Positions 18,489-26,969 of a stretch of DNA of 64,000 bases are shown here, in pieces. Source of the DNA: a virus; IMG/VR virus record IMGVR_UViG_3300034418_006037, positions 25,218 to 89,217 of that record; one strand, 5' to 3'. The notes beneath the pieces are model-generated. The model was not told the DNA's origin. It searched no databases and saw only the letters and a list, made by a program, of their open reading frames with translations. The first letter of the stretch is position 1; the number at the start of each line of letters is the position of its first letter. The position numbers were made by a program, and so were the translations under genes.

Positions 18489-20675
18489 ATGCCAATTGGA
18501 TTTGCAGATCTACTACAAACAAACTCTCAGTATGTTAACGGCCTGAACAAAGGCATCGTCAGTACAGATGATAGCTTTGGAGGTATTCGTAGTAAAATTG
18601 ATGACTGGACAGATCTTCATCTGTCTACTAAAACTAACGACAACAACGTTACCTATTACACGTTCCAAGACGATGGAACGAATGCTGCCCCCGGCCAGTT
18701 CAAAGAGTACTCTACCATGTTCTATGTCGCTGATGGACGAGCTTTGGTGGAAGATTCAAGTGCAGGTGCTAATTTTATTAGGCTTGATGGTAGTGGTAAC
18801 TTTGTTTCATCTGGTGGTACAAAGTATGTAGTACCTTCAAGCGGTAGCGCAGAACCTGAGTTTTGGGTTTTAGATGATGCCACACAAACTGGAGGTTCCG
18901 GCATTGGAACAGATAAGCTTCCTAAGTTTACTATTACTGGTACACAAGGTAGTGATAGTTCTACAGCTATTCCAGCCGGTTACCAAAAACTGCGAGTACT
19001 AGCAAATGCAGCATCATCTGATGGAGCTGTTTCTCTTAGTGCTACTCTCGACTCTAACTTGCTGTCAAACACAGCAGGCGAGTTGGGTCTGGACACCCAG
19101 AACGCTAATATCGTTTTTGCTGGTCCTAGTAGTGGTGGTGCTGCGGCCCCATCTTTCCGTTCTTTAGTTTCAGCTGATATTCCTAACAACGCAGCGAATA
19201 CTACTGGTACTGCTGCTGGGCTGACAAACGCGGGTACCATTACGTTTACAGGAGATGTAATCGGAGGCACTACTCCAACATATACGAGCGGTGGTAACCT
19301 AAGTATTGCGATGACTATCCAGCCCAGTTCTGTGGGTCTGGGAGATTTGGTAGACATTGCAGATGAGCGCTTGCTTGGTAGAGTTGATAACGCGACTAGC
19401 TCAGTTGCTGAGTTGACTGCGACGCAAGTGCGGACGATGCTTAACGTAGCAGACGGAGCAAACAATTATGCTCACCCAACATTTGACGGTGACGATATTG
19501 ATGTAGATACAGGAGCATTAACTGGTGCTGAAGTAGTATCGGATATTGATATTAACATTACAACAGATACTAATGGTCACGTAACTGACGCAAATGGTAC
19601 TATTGCTACTAGAACCCTCACCCTTAGTGACTTAGGGTATACAGGTGCTAGTGACGCTAATAATTATGTACACCCTGACCACACTGGTGATGTAACGTCT
19701 AGTGCAGATGGTGCTACTACAATTGCGGATGAAGCAGTCACTTTGGCTAAAATGGCTCATATAGCTACTGCTAGCTTTTTGGGTAGAAATTCAGCTGGCA
19801 CTAATGATGTAGAGGTTCTAAACATGACCACCGCTAAATCCATGTTGTCTGTAGACGACTTGGTTACTTTGAGCGGTGTCAGTGACGGAGCTATAAATCT
19901 AGGGGCATTTACTGCTAGCACTGTGCTTAGCAGTAGTACACTTACAATAAAAGGTGCACTGCAAGCTCTTGCTGATCAAGTAGACAGCAACTCAAGTAAC
20001 AGTGGTACTACTAACCTTAGTGTTGGTACTAGCAATGCTACTTCGCTTATACTGAGCTCTAGCACCCAAGATAACAGTGGTGTAACTATCCCTGTGCACG
20101 CTGAGAACATAGCAGGTATCATAACTGATGCTTCTCAGACTATTTATGGTGATAAGACGTTTAACGACAACGTAACGATCACTGGAAGTCTTACAGTTAC
20201 AGATAGCACCAGCTACGTAAATATACAGGAAGAGAATGTCTATATCAAAGACGCTCTCATTACTCTTGGTATTACTGATGCAGATGGGGATGGTACTGGT
20301 ACAGTTGCAACTAGTGACGTAGGTATTGAGGCTTACGGTCAAGGTGTTTCTTCTACTTCTCCTACTCTTGTCTATGATATCTCTGCAGATTACTGGGCTA
20401 TTGACAATAAGGATCATGCTAGTAGTGCTCTTACTAGAATTGCTAGAACATACAAGGAGCAGTACACTATCGCAGCAGGTGACGTAACTGCTGGTTATTT
20501 TGAGATAACACATAACTTAAACCACGAGGACATCATAGTTCAGGTCAGAGACAACGCTACAGATCAAGGACTTGTGATATTCAAGTATCAGACAATGAAT
20601 GCTCAAACAGTTCGCATTGCAATCGGGAACGGAGTTACAGCAACCACCGTATTCAATGTAGTTATTGTAGGTTAA
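18489..20675 (+). CDS. Tail fibre protein
   Basis: 728 aa with 'NNYxHP' repeats, 'AVTLAKMA', 'QTIYGDKTF' and a C-terminal 'ITHNLNHEDIIVQV' domain. Confidence 0.75.
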   Translation: MPIGFADLLQTNSQYVNGLNKGIVSTDDSFGGIRSKIDDWTDLHLSTKTNDNNVTYYTFQDDGTNAAPGQFKEYSTMFYVADGRALVEDSSAGANFIRLDGSGNFVSSGGTKYVVPSSGSAEPEFWVLDDATQTGGSGIGTDKLPKFTITGTQGSDSSTAIPAGYQKLRVLANAASSDGAVSLSATLDSNLLSNTAGELGLDTQNANIVFAGPSSGGAAAPSFRSLVSADIPNNAANTTGTAAGLTNAGTITFTGDVIGGTTPTYTSGGNLSIAMTIQPSSVGLGDLVDIADERLLGRVDNATSSVAELTATQVRTMLNVADGANNYAHPTFDGDDIDVDTGALTGAEVVSDIDINITTDTNGHVTDANGTIATRTLTLSDLGYTGASDANNYVHPDHTGDVTSSADGATTIADEAVTLAKMAHIATASFLGRNSAGTNDVEVLNMTTAKSMLSVDDLVTLSGVSDGAINLGAFTASTVLSSSTLTIKGALQALADQVDSNSSNSGTTNLSVGTSNATSLILSSSTQDNSGVTIPVHAENIAGIITDASQTIYGDKTFNDNVTITGSLTVTDSTSYVNIQEENVYIKDALITLGITDADGDGTGTVATSDVGIEAYGQGVSSTSPTLVYDISADYWAIDNKDHASSALTRIARTYKEQYTIAAGDVTAGYFEITHNLNHEDIIVQVRDNATDQGLVIFKYQTMNAQTVRIAIGNGVTATTVFNVVIVG

Positions 20676-20677
20676 TG

Positions 20678-20685
20678 TATCTTGC
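20678..20685 (+). promoter_or_regulatory. Putative Bacteroidota-type -7 promoter element (variant)
   Basis: TATCTTGC in the intergenic gap, followed by the leader AAACCAAACCCAAACATC and the ATG at 20704. Confidence 0.35.
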
Positions 20686-20703
20686 AAACCAAACCCAAAC
20701 ATC

Positions 20704-21087
20704 ATGTTACTCAAAGAATGTATCAACGTGTACAAAGCATTTCAACAGATCAGTCAGAACACACTGCCTCTGAAGACGAGTTGGAACATTGCTCAAAATC
20801 TTTCTAAGCTGCAGCCTCTTGTAGAGTCATTCGAAGAACATCGGAAGTCCTATATAGACCAGCTAAGAGAAAAAGCTACACTTGACAGCAAAGGAGAACC
20901 TGAGGTAAGTGACGAAGCTGCTGCTTTGTTCGAGTCACAGGTTAAAGAACTTCTTGAAGAAGACCAGAAGGTTAGACTCAAGAAAGTTGAGCTCATCGAC
21001 GACGGACAGTTGTCCATTGCACCGAACATTCTGATGGCAGCTATGGACTATCTAACCCTAAAGAGCGATGGCAATCAAACTAGCTGA
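20704..21087 (+). CDS. Helical fibre-assembly chaperone-like protein (paralogue 2)
   Basis: 127 aa with 'LPLKTSWNIAQNLSKL...ELLEED', directly after a fibre gene. Confidence 0.55.
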   Translation: MLLKECINVYKAFQQISQNTLPLKTSWNIAQNLSKLQPLVESFEEHRKSYIDQLREKATLDSKGEPEVSDEAAALFESQVKELLEEDQKVRLKKVELIDDGQLSIAPNILMAAMDYLTLKSDGNQTS

Positions 21088-22621
21088 TGTAATAGAGAAT
21101 CAAAATACCGACTATCCTGTCCTGGATAGCTCTATTGACGCTACGTCTGGAGGCGGTATTAGAGGTTTTGGAATATTTAGAAATATTACAGGGCGCAACG
21201 GAGTACCAGAAAATAAAAGGTGCTATGGTTATGTTGCTGTAGTTTTATATGCAACTAGCAACGGAGAGGTTTCGCCAACGCATTCTAACATCGACCTTAA
21301 TAATAGCCCGACCAGTTCTCAATTAGAGTACGATGTAAATAATGATGGGACGTATTCTCCAGCAGACACGACGATAATTGCTGGTAGAGAAAACCAAATC
21401 ATAACCCCCTTATCATGGTTTGGGTTTAATACTTCCACTAGAGTATACGTATACAAGACCTATCCCCATGGATTAGATGTGAATAGTGACGGCGCGGGTG
21501 CGGTACTCACTTCCTCAGGTGGAAATACTGTCAATGTGAGCGTTACAGATGAGGATCCTACGGCTGCAATTTCAAACATAGATTGGACAAATGCTGCTAA
21601 TTGGACAGAGATTGGATTGGCAGGCAATTCATACACAAGAGTAGATATCGACGATCTCATCAGCGACGCAAATAACTATCGGCTAACAGTAAATAATATA
21701 TCGAGCAATAACCTTACTGCATTAAGCGTCAATGACCTAATGGGCTGGATACTTCAGTCAATGATTGAGGCAGTAACAGCAGCAGGTTTAGGAACAGTGA
21801 CTACGTATACAAATCCAGATACTGGACTTGTAGGCGATTTTAATGGTGATGGACTGGTAGGATCGGCAGATTTGATAATCTTCCTCCAGAATTTTGGTAG
21901 TACTATTCAAAGCGATGCTGCGCAGTTTGACGATTCTTCATATGTAATAAGTGGGTCAAGTCTAATGGATGCTAATGCCGTGAGCTATTTGATTCAGCAG
22001 GCATTGGGTGGAGATGCTTGGTCAGGCGCTCCTAATGCTTCTGAGCTGCAAAATGGGGGTACTGATTACCAATCAGGCTTTTTCTTCTCAGCAGCTCAAG
22101 GCTCTCCATTAGTGGGTGCCTGGGATGTTTTTGAGAGTATTGGTAGTACGCCTTCTAACAGAAGTTTTTTTGGTTTTGAACAATCCACAGATGCAAACGC
22201 CCCGTCTTTTCAAGATGCCGCCGCAAAAATCCGACTTACTGAATGTGCTGTTGTAGGATGGGGCAGATTTATAGCCGATTCACATAACATAGGCATAGTA
22301 TTTAGAATTCGCTTGAAGAATTCATCAGGTACAGTATTGCAAACCAAGTATCATCACTGGTCACATCAGTTTTTAAATACTACATCTGTAGCTGGATCTA
22401 CAGCAGACGCATTTTCTGTCATGCCGGGCAATGGACCATTAATGTTAGTAGATTTTAGTGACCAATCTAGTTTTGGGGCTACAGATCCCGGAGTAGCTCC
22501 CAACCAAGTTCCGGATGTTACTAGGATAGAGATAGAGTTCGACTACTATGTCCCAGATCCTTTTGGTGGGGTCTTTTATAGTCTTAGCCTTGCGCCAACA
22601 GTTACTTGTTCTAATCTGTGA
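21068..22621 (+). CDS. Fibre/spike protein (MAIK family, copy 2) with dockerin/EF-hand-like loop
   Basis: N-terminus 'MAIKLADVIENQNTDYPVLD'; internal 'GDFNGDGLVGSADLIIFLQNFG' at 21833-21898. Confidence 0.6.
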   Translation: MAIKLADVIENQNTDYPVLDSSIDATSGGGIRGFGIFRNITGRNGVPENKRCYGYVAVVLYATSNGEVSPTHSNIDLNNSPTSSQLEYDVNNDGTYSPADTTIIAGRENQIITPLSWFGFNTSTRVYVYKTYPHGLDVNSDGAGAVLTSSGGNTVNVSVTDEDPTAAISNIDWTNAANWTEIGLAGNSYTRVDIDDLISDANNYRLTVNNISSNNLTALSVNDLMGWILQSMIEAVTAAGLGTVTTYTNPDTGLVGDFNGDGLVGSADLIIFLQNFGSTIQSDAAQFDDSSYVISGSSLMDANAVSYLIQQALGGDAWSGAPNASELQNGGTDYQSGFFFSAAQGSPLVGAWDVFESIGSTPSNRSFFGFEQSTDANAPSFQDAAAKIRLTECAVVGWGRFIADSHNIGIVFRIRLKNSSGTVLQTKYHHWSHQFLNTTSVAGSTADAFSVMPGNGPLMLVDFSDQSSFGATDPGVAPNQVPDVTRIEIEFDYYVPDPFGGVFYSLSLAPTVTCSNL

Positions 22622-23808
22622 TGGATAGTATTAAAGTATATATTAAGAATGGTCTTGTGCTAATTAAGCCAAGCGCTGGGAATCCATTCGTCTATGAAGC
22701 GGGGGATATCCTGACTGCGTCAAATAATAGCACTCTGGCTGCCGGAGTAGATATTACGGACGACACAACGTCAAAAGTATTCCTTTCAGGAATAGACTAT
22801 CGCCGAATATTCGATGAGTCAGGGACTGTATTAGCTGCAAGTCGAAGTGCAACAGTAACTGCACTAAATACTATTTTTCAGCAAAGGGTATTAGATGACT
22901 TTATAGTAAAAGATGAAACTTCTGAGCTTACCGGTACTACAAAAATCCGACACAAAGAGGGCACAGGAGGAGCAGACCGAGATGAAGGTGGTACACTAGA
23001 GCTAGATTTACACAGTGCATCTATTGGACTGTACGGCAGCTACCTAAAGATTACTGAAGACGATCTGAATAATACATCCGGTAAGAACTCTGCATATGGT
23101 AGGTTGCAGGTGTATCTTGAAAATACAGGTACACCAATTGAGGTGCTGGACATGCAGATGACAAATCTGGTATCTGCCCCAATAGTAGACTTAAACACCA
23201 GCTCCTTAGATGTGTCTGGAGATGTTACATTCTCTACTGTATCAGGTACTGTAACCTTTAGTGGTGATACTAGCGGTATAGCTTATGGGGATATTACAGG
23301 TACACCTACTATACCTACTAATGTATCAGACCTGACCAATGACTCTGGGTTTATTACGTCAGCCAATGAGCTAGATGGAATTTATTTGGAGGTGTTTACT
23401 CGCTCCTCTTCGTACGGAAGTGGCTCATACGAAGGACAAATAGTGAAGTATGGAAATAACACGAACCTGAGTGCAGGCAAGGCGTATGTACTTTCAAATG
23501 ACGGTGGAAGCCCAATAGCAAACGCTACGTGGATTGAAGCAGATGCTGATTTGGAAGCGTCAACGAAGGGTTTGTTTGGAATAGCTCTTGGATCTAGCGC
23601 GACTAGTGATGGCCTTTTGGTCAGGGGTATACGTGGTCAAAACACAAGTGCAAACCCTGGAGACTTAATGTATATAAGTACAAGCTCTGGCCTTATAACT
23701 AGTGCAATACCACAAACACAAGGAGATTTCGTAAGGGTTATCGGTTACGCTTTGTCTTCTACCCTGTTGTACGTAGATCCTTCACCAGACTATATCGAGC
23801 TTGCGTAA
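22621..23808 (+). CDS. Fibre protein with C-terminal cement-like domain
   Basis: Fibre motif 'YGDITGTPTIPTNVSDLTNDSGFIT'; C-terminus 'GLFGIALG...PGDLMYIS...VRVIGYA'. Start chosen from the TGATG overlap. Confidence 0.65.
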   Translation: MDSIKVYIKNGLVLIKPSAGNPFVYEAGDILTASNNSTLAAGVDITDDTTSKVFLSGIDYRRIFDESGTVLAASRSATVTALNTIFQQRVLDDFIVKDETSELTGTTKIRHKEGTGGADRDEGGTLELDLHSASIGLYGSYLKITEDDLNNTSGKNSAYGRLQVYLENTGTPIEVLDMQMTNLVSAPIVDLNTSSLDVSGDVTFSTVSGTVTFSGDTSGIAYGDITGTPTIPTNVSDLTNDSGFITSANELDGIYLEVFTRSSSYGSGSYEGQIVKYGNNTNLSAGKAYVLSNDGGSPIANATWIEADADLEASTKGLFGIALGSSATSDGLLVRGIRGQNTSANPGDLMYISTSSGLITSAIPQTQGDFVRVIGYALSSTLLYVDPSPDYIELA

Positions 23809-24038
23809 TGTCATTCATTCGAGCAACATACAATTCTGGTACAGTTCAATCTCAAGATACCTCTACTGAACTAGCTACAAATCAAGATAAATATTGGGCA
23901 ACTGAAGAAGGAGTTTCAGATACCATAGGAGTATGGGATGATGTAAATAGAAGATTTATACCGGACGGCTGGTATGATGAAACTACAGGGTGGTTATGGC
24001 CCGTAGATTTGCAATGGGATTATGATAAAACTCAATAA
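23808..24038 (+). CDS. Small acidic Trp-rich hypothetical protein
   Basis: 76 aa with six Trp. TAATG overlap with the upstream gene, and it fills the gap. Confidence 0.55.
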   Translation: MSFIRATYNSGTVQSQDTSTELATNQDKYWATEEGVSDTIGVWDDVNRRFIPDGWYDETTGWLWPVDLQWDYDKTQ

Positions 24039-24047
24039 TACCTACCT

Positions 24048-24770
24048 ATGGCTGACACAGGAATAATAGGACCTTTAGCAAACGCCGCAGTAGGCACAGG
24101 ACTTGGCGATGGAATCAATTATGGAGCTTGGTCGTTCCCTCTAAGATTACATAGAACTGCGACAAATGCTAATGCTGCGGTTGTAACAACAGCTAATAAA
24201 GGCACTCGTTGGTACAATTGCTTTGATAACAACCAAATTCCTGCAGGCGCAACTATTACTGGAGTAGAGATTGTAGCAACAACAGATTTTGATGGGTCAG
24301 GTAATTCAAACATAGGTACCTTCGGTTCAACAGGAGCAACAGAAAGCATCACATTAAGAGCTTATCTTTATAACGGATCTAGCTATTCATCAGCACTAAC
24401 ATATGATGGATCTACCCGCGCAGGTATTACATATTCTGACAGTAATACGACAGCTACATTTTTAGGAGCTAATAGACGATACTTGGGTCTATCCACTTTA
24501 GGAACCCTGTTTGGGGGATCAAGTGATTTATCAGGTTTAACCTGGGATCCTGCAAACCAAGCTAGTTTTGGGTTTGCTTTTACTAGCACAGCAATAGTAA
24601 ACACCCCAGTAGCTGGAGCTATTAGAGGTATTGGACTAAGAATAACTTACACTGAAGGTAGCTCAGGCCCAGCAGATGTAGCCGAAATTAATGGGGTTGC
24701 TGCAGCAGACATAGATAAGTTTAGCGGGGTAACCTTTAGTGACATAAGTAAAATCAATTCTATATCTTAA
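24048..24770 (+). CDS. Virion beta-domain protein with C-terminal 'I.KINGV'-type repeats
   Basis: 240 aa with 'IPAGATITGVEI'; it ends 'VAEINGVAAADIDKFSGVTFSDISKINSI'. Confidence 0.55.
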   Translation: MADTGIIGPLANAAVGTGLGDGINYGAWSFPLRLHRTATNANAAVVTTANKGTRWYNCFDNNQIPAGATITGVEIVATTDFDGSGNSNIGTFGSTGATESITLRAYLYNGSSYSSALTYDGSTRAGITYSDSNTTATFLGANRRYLGLSTLGTLFGGSSDLSGLTWDPANQASFGFAFTSTAIVNTPVAGAIRGIGLRITYTEGSSGPADVAEINGVAAADIDKFSGVTFSDISKINSIS

Positions 24771-24777
24771 TGTTTAT

Positions 24778-24786
24778 TATATTTGC
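24778..24786 (+). promoter_or_regulatory. Bacteroidota-type -7 promoter element
   Basis: TATATTTGC is an exact TAnnTTTG match in the intergenic gap about 35 nt before the 24820 ATG. No clear -33 TTTG is visible. Confidence 0.6.
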
Positions 24787-24819
24787 AATAGCAAAGCCTC
24801 TCCATAAATCCTAACAATA

Positions 24820-26487
24820 ATGAAAAATAAATATCAAAAAGGAGGAATGCCTTCTAAAAGTAAACCCGCTGCTCTTAGATCAGGGTTTAAAACTCGTCCG
24901 AAAGGACTGAAACCTAGTACTGGTAAAACTAAGCCTGCAGTAAAACCTTCAGATATGAAAAAGAGAAAGAAAGATCTTTCTTCTATCGGCATTGAAGAGT
25001 CCAAAGAATTGAAGTTTGGGGGGCCTATTGGTGTAAAAGCAAAGAAAGGAAGAGTTAAACGTGGTAACGGCGGCGAGGACGAGCTGAGACCTGGAGATCC
25101 TGGGTATATGGTTGAGGCTTCTAAAAGAGCAGCACAATCTGAGGGACCAATAGGAGAAGCTATTAGAAGCGCCGAAGCTGCTAAAAGAGGAGCACAAAAC
25201 GCTGAGAAGAAAAGGATAGCTGATGAAGCTGCTGCAAGAAGAGGTCCTAGCAGAGAAGAAAAGCAGAACACTCGTCAAGGCGCAGGTGATGGGAAAGCTA
25301 CAGGTTCTACTATGGATAGAATAGGAGCAATGGGCCGAGGAGAAACTTCACCCAAACCTGAAGATGTTGGAGCTACTAGAGCGGGATCAAGCAAGGCTAC
25401 TCAAGACGCTAGAGCAAAGGGAGTTGCAGGACAGGCAGCTGATGATGCTAAGAGAAAAGCTGCTGCTGAACCTAAGAAGGGAACGTATGAGTACGCTAAG
25501 AAGCAAAATTCTAACATTGATGCTTTGATCAAGCGTAGACAAGGTTTGACTAAGGGCACTCCTGAGTATAACAAGATTCAAAACCAAATTAATACAGCAT
25601 ATGGTAAAGGATCTACTACTAGGAATACCACTCCTACTGCATCACTTGCAAGAAGAGATGTAAAATCTGTAGATAGTAAGCAGCCAGAACAGAAACTGCA
25701 AATTTCTAAGCCTTCGACTTCGACTTCATCGACGTCGAAAACTCCTAGCGGTTCTGTATCTGAAAAAGCAGCTGCTAGAGTTTCTAAGATTAAGGATCGT
25801 AGAGCTAAAGCAGCAGCTAGGCAGGAGAACAGAGCGGATAACAAGAATGACAGATCTGCTAATAGATCTTTCAGGAAAAACGAAAGGCAAGGTTCTCGTG
25901 ACGACAATAAGCAGAGGAGAATGGATAACCGTGAGGATCGTCAGGACAGAAGAGATAGTAGGAAAGATCAACGGAAAATTGATAGGTCGGCTATAAAGCA
26001 AGCTCGCAAAGCTCAAATGGGAGGACCTCGTAAAAAAGCTATAGCTGGTGCAATGGTTGCTGGAGGTGGTCAAGCTCTTAAAGGAGTTGGTAGCTTGGTT
26101 AATGCTATTGCAGGTAAAGAAACTAAGTTCGGAAACATAGCTAATTCTGTTGGAGAAGTTGCTGGTGGTATTGGTTCTATGATGGGACCTGGTGGTGCTG
26201 CAGTGAACAAAGTAGGCGGAGCATTGAACAACGCAGTCGCACCCGGTGCTCCTGAGGTTCAGGTTGGTGCAAATGCAGGTGCTAATGCAGGTGCTAATCC
26301 ACAGAATCCTGACATGCCTACTCAGCGCTATGGTGGCATAAAGAAGAAGAAGGGTAAGAAGGGTATGATGAAGTACAAAACAGGAGGTGCTAAGCCTGAC
26401 TATCTTGATATGGACAAGGACGGTAATAAGACTGAGTCTATGAGGTCTGCTCTTAAAGACCGTCGTAGACGTGGTGGTCGCAGATAA
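24820..26487 (+). CDS. Highly basic, low-complexity modular protein (putative internal/cargo polyprotein)
   Basis: 555 aa, K/R/G/A-rich, with repeated xxxxGG motifs and an EF-loop-like 'PDYLDMDKDGNK' near the C-terminus. Confidence 0.65.
   Translation: MKNKYQKGGMPSKSKPAALRSGFKTRPKGLKPSTGKTKPAVKPSDMKKRKKDLSSIGIEESKELKFGGPIGVKAKKGRVKRGNGGEDELRPGDPGYMVEASKRAAQSEGPIGEAIRSAEAAKRGAQNAEKKRIADEAAARRGPSREEKQNTRQGAGDGKATGSTMDRIGAMGRGETSPKPEDVGATRAGSSKATQDARAKGVAGQAADDAKRKAAAEPKKGTYEYAKKQNSNIDALIKRRQGLTKGTPEYNKIQNQINTAYGKGSTTRNTTPTASLARRDVKSVDSKQPEQKLQISKPSTSTSSTSKTPSGSVSEKAAARVSKIKDRRAKAAARQENRADNKNDRSANRSFRKNERQGSRDDNKQRRMDNREDRQDRRDSRKDQRKIDRSAIKQARKAQMGGPRKKAIAGAMVAGGGQALKGVGSLVNAIAGKETKFGNIANSVGEVAGGIGSMMGPGGAAVNKVGGALNNAVAPGAPEVQVGANAGANAGANPQNPDMPTQRYGGIKKKKGKKGMMKYKTGGAKPDYLDMDKDGNKTESMRSALKDRRRRGGRR
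26266..26298 (+). repeat. 12-bp tandem repeat (about 2.75 copies) encoding GANA
   Basis: GGTGCAAATGCA GGTGCTAATGCA GGTGCTAAT. Confidence 0.8.
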
Positions 26488-26969
26488 TGCTAACCATTAA
26501 GGATATACACAAAGACTATGTGAAGCATGTTGAAGACCCCATAGAGACTCGCTTGTTTAAGCAGATCTGTGAGGAATTCAACATGCTAATAGTCGATAGT
26601 ATTCTTGATGGTGCAGAATTCAGTATGGGTAGTAACTTGTCTACCTTATCTATACGTAGGATAGAACGCAATCCCAGCAAGCCTACAATAGACTGGTGGG
26701 AGAGTAACAAGTACAAGCAAGAGCTTCTAGCTGAAGGCAAGGAGCTCTTTGATGTATCTACAGGTCAAGGTGAAAAGTGGTTCATATACTACACTGATCC
26801 TTGGTATTGTAAGTACCATTGGCAGAAATCTAGATGTAAGATTTCTAACAAGAGTGCATATCGGTTTACCCCAACCAGAGGAATAAAGGGGAACAAAGAG
26901 AAGCTAACCAAACTACTCAGAGACGATGACCTGGCATATCTAAGATTCAGAAAGCATGGCAGTATATAA
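26487..26969 (+). CDS. crAss-like IHF/HU-fold protein preceding the tail tubular gene
   Basis: 'F..M..NLSTLSI...IDWWES...YRFTPTR' plus the conserved Crassvirales position before Ttub/Tstab. Confidence 0.65.
   Translation: MLTIKDIHKDYVKHVEDPIETRLFKQICEEFNMLIVDSILDGAEFSMGSNLSTLSIRRIERNPSKPTIDWWESNKYKQELLAEGKELFDVSTGQGEKWFIYYTDPWYCKYHWQKSRCKISNKSAYRFTPTRGIKGNKEKLTKLLRDDDLAYLRFRKHGSI

Noticed and set aside
8851-24770. Diversity-generating retroelement or invertible cassette acting on fibre genes
   Set aside because: I saw no reverse transcriptase, recombinase, near-identical template/variable repeat pair or inverted repeats.
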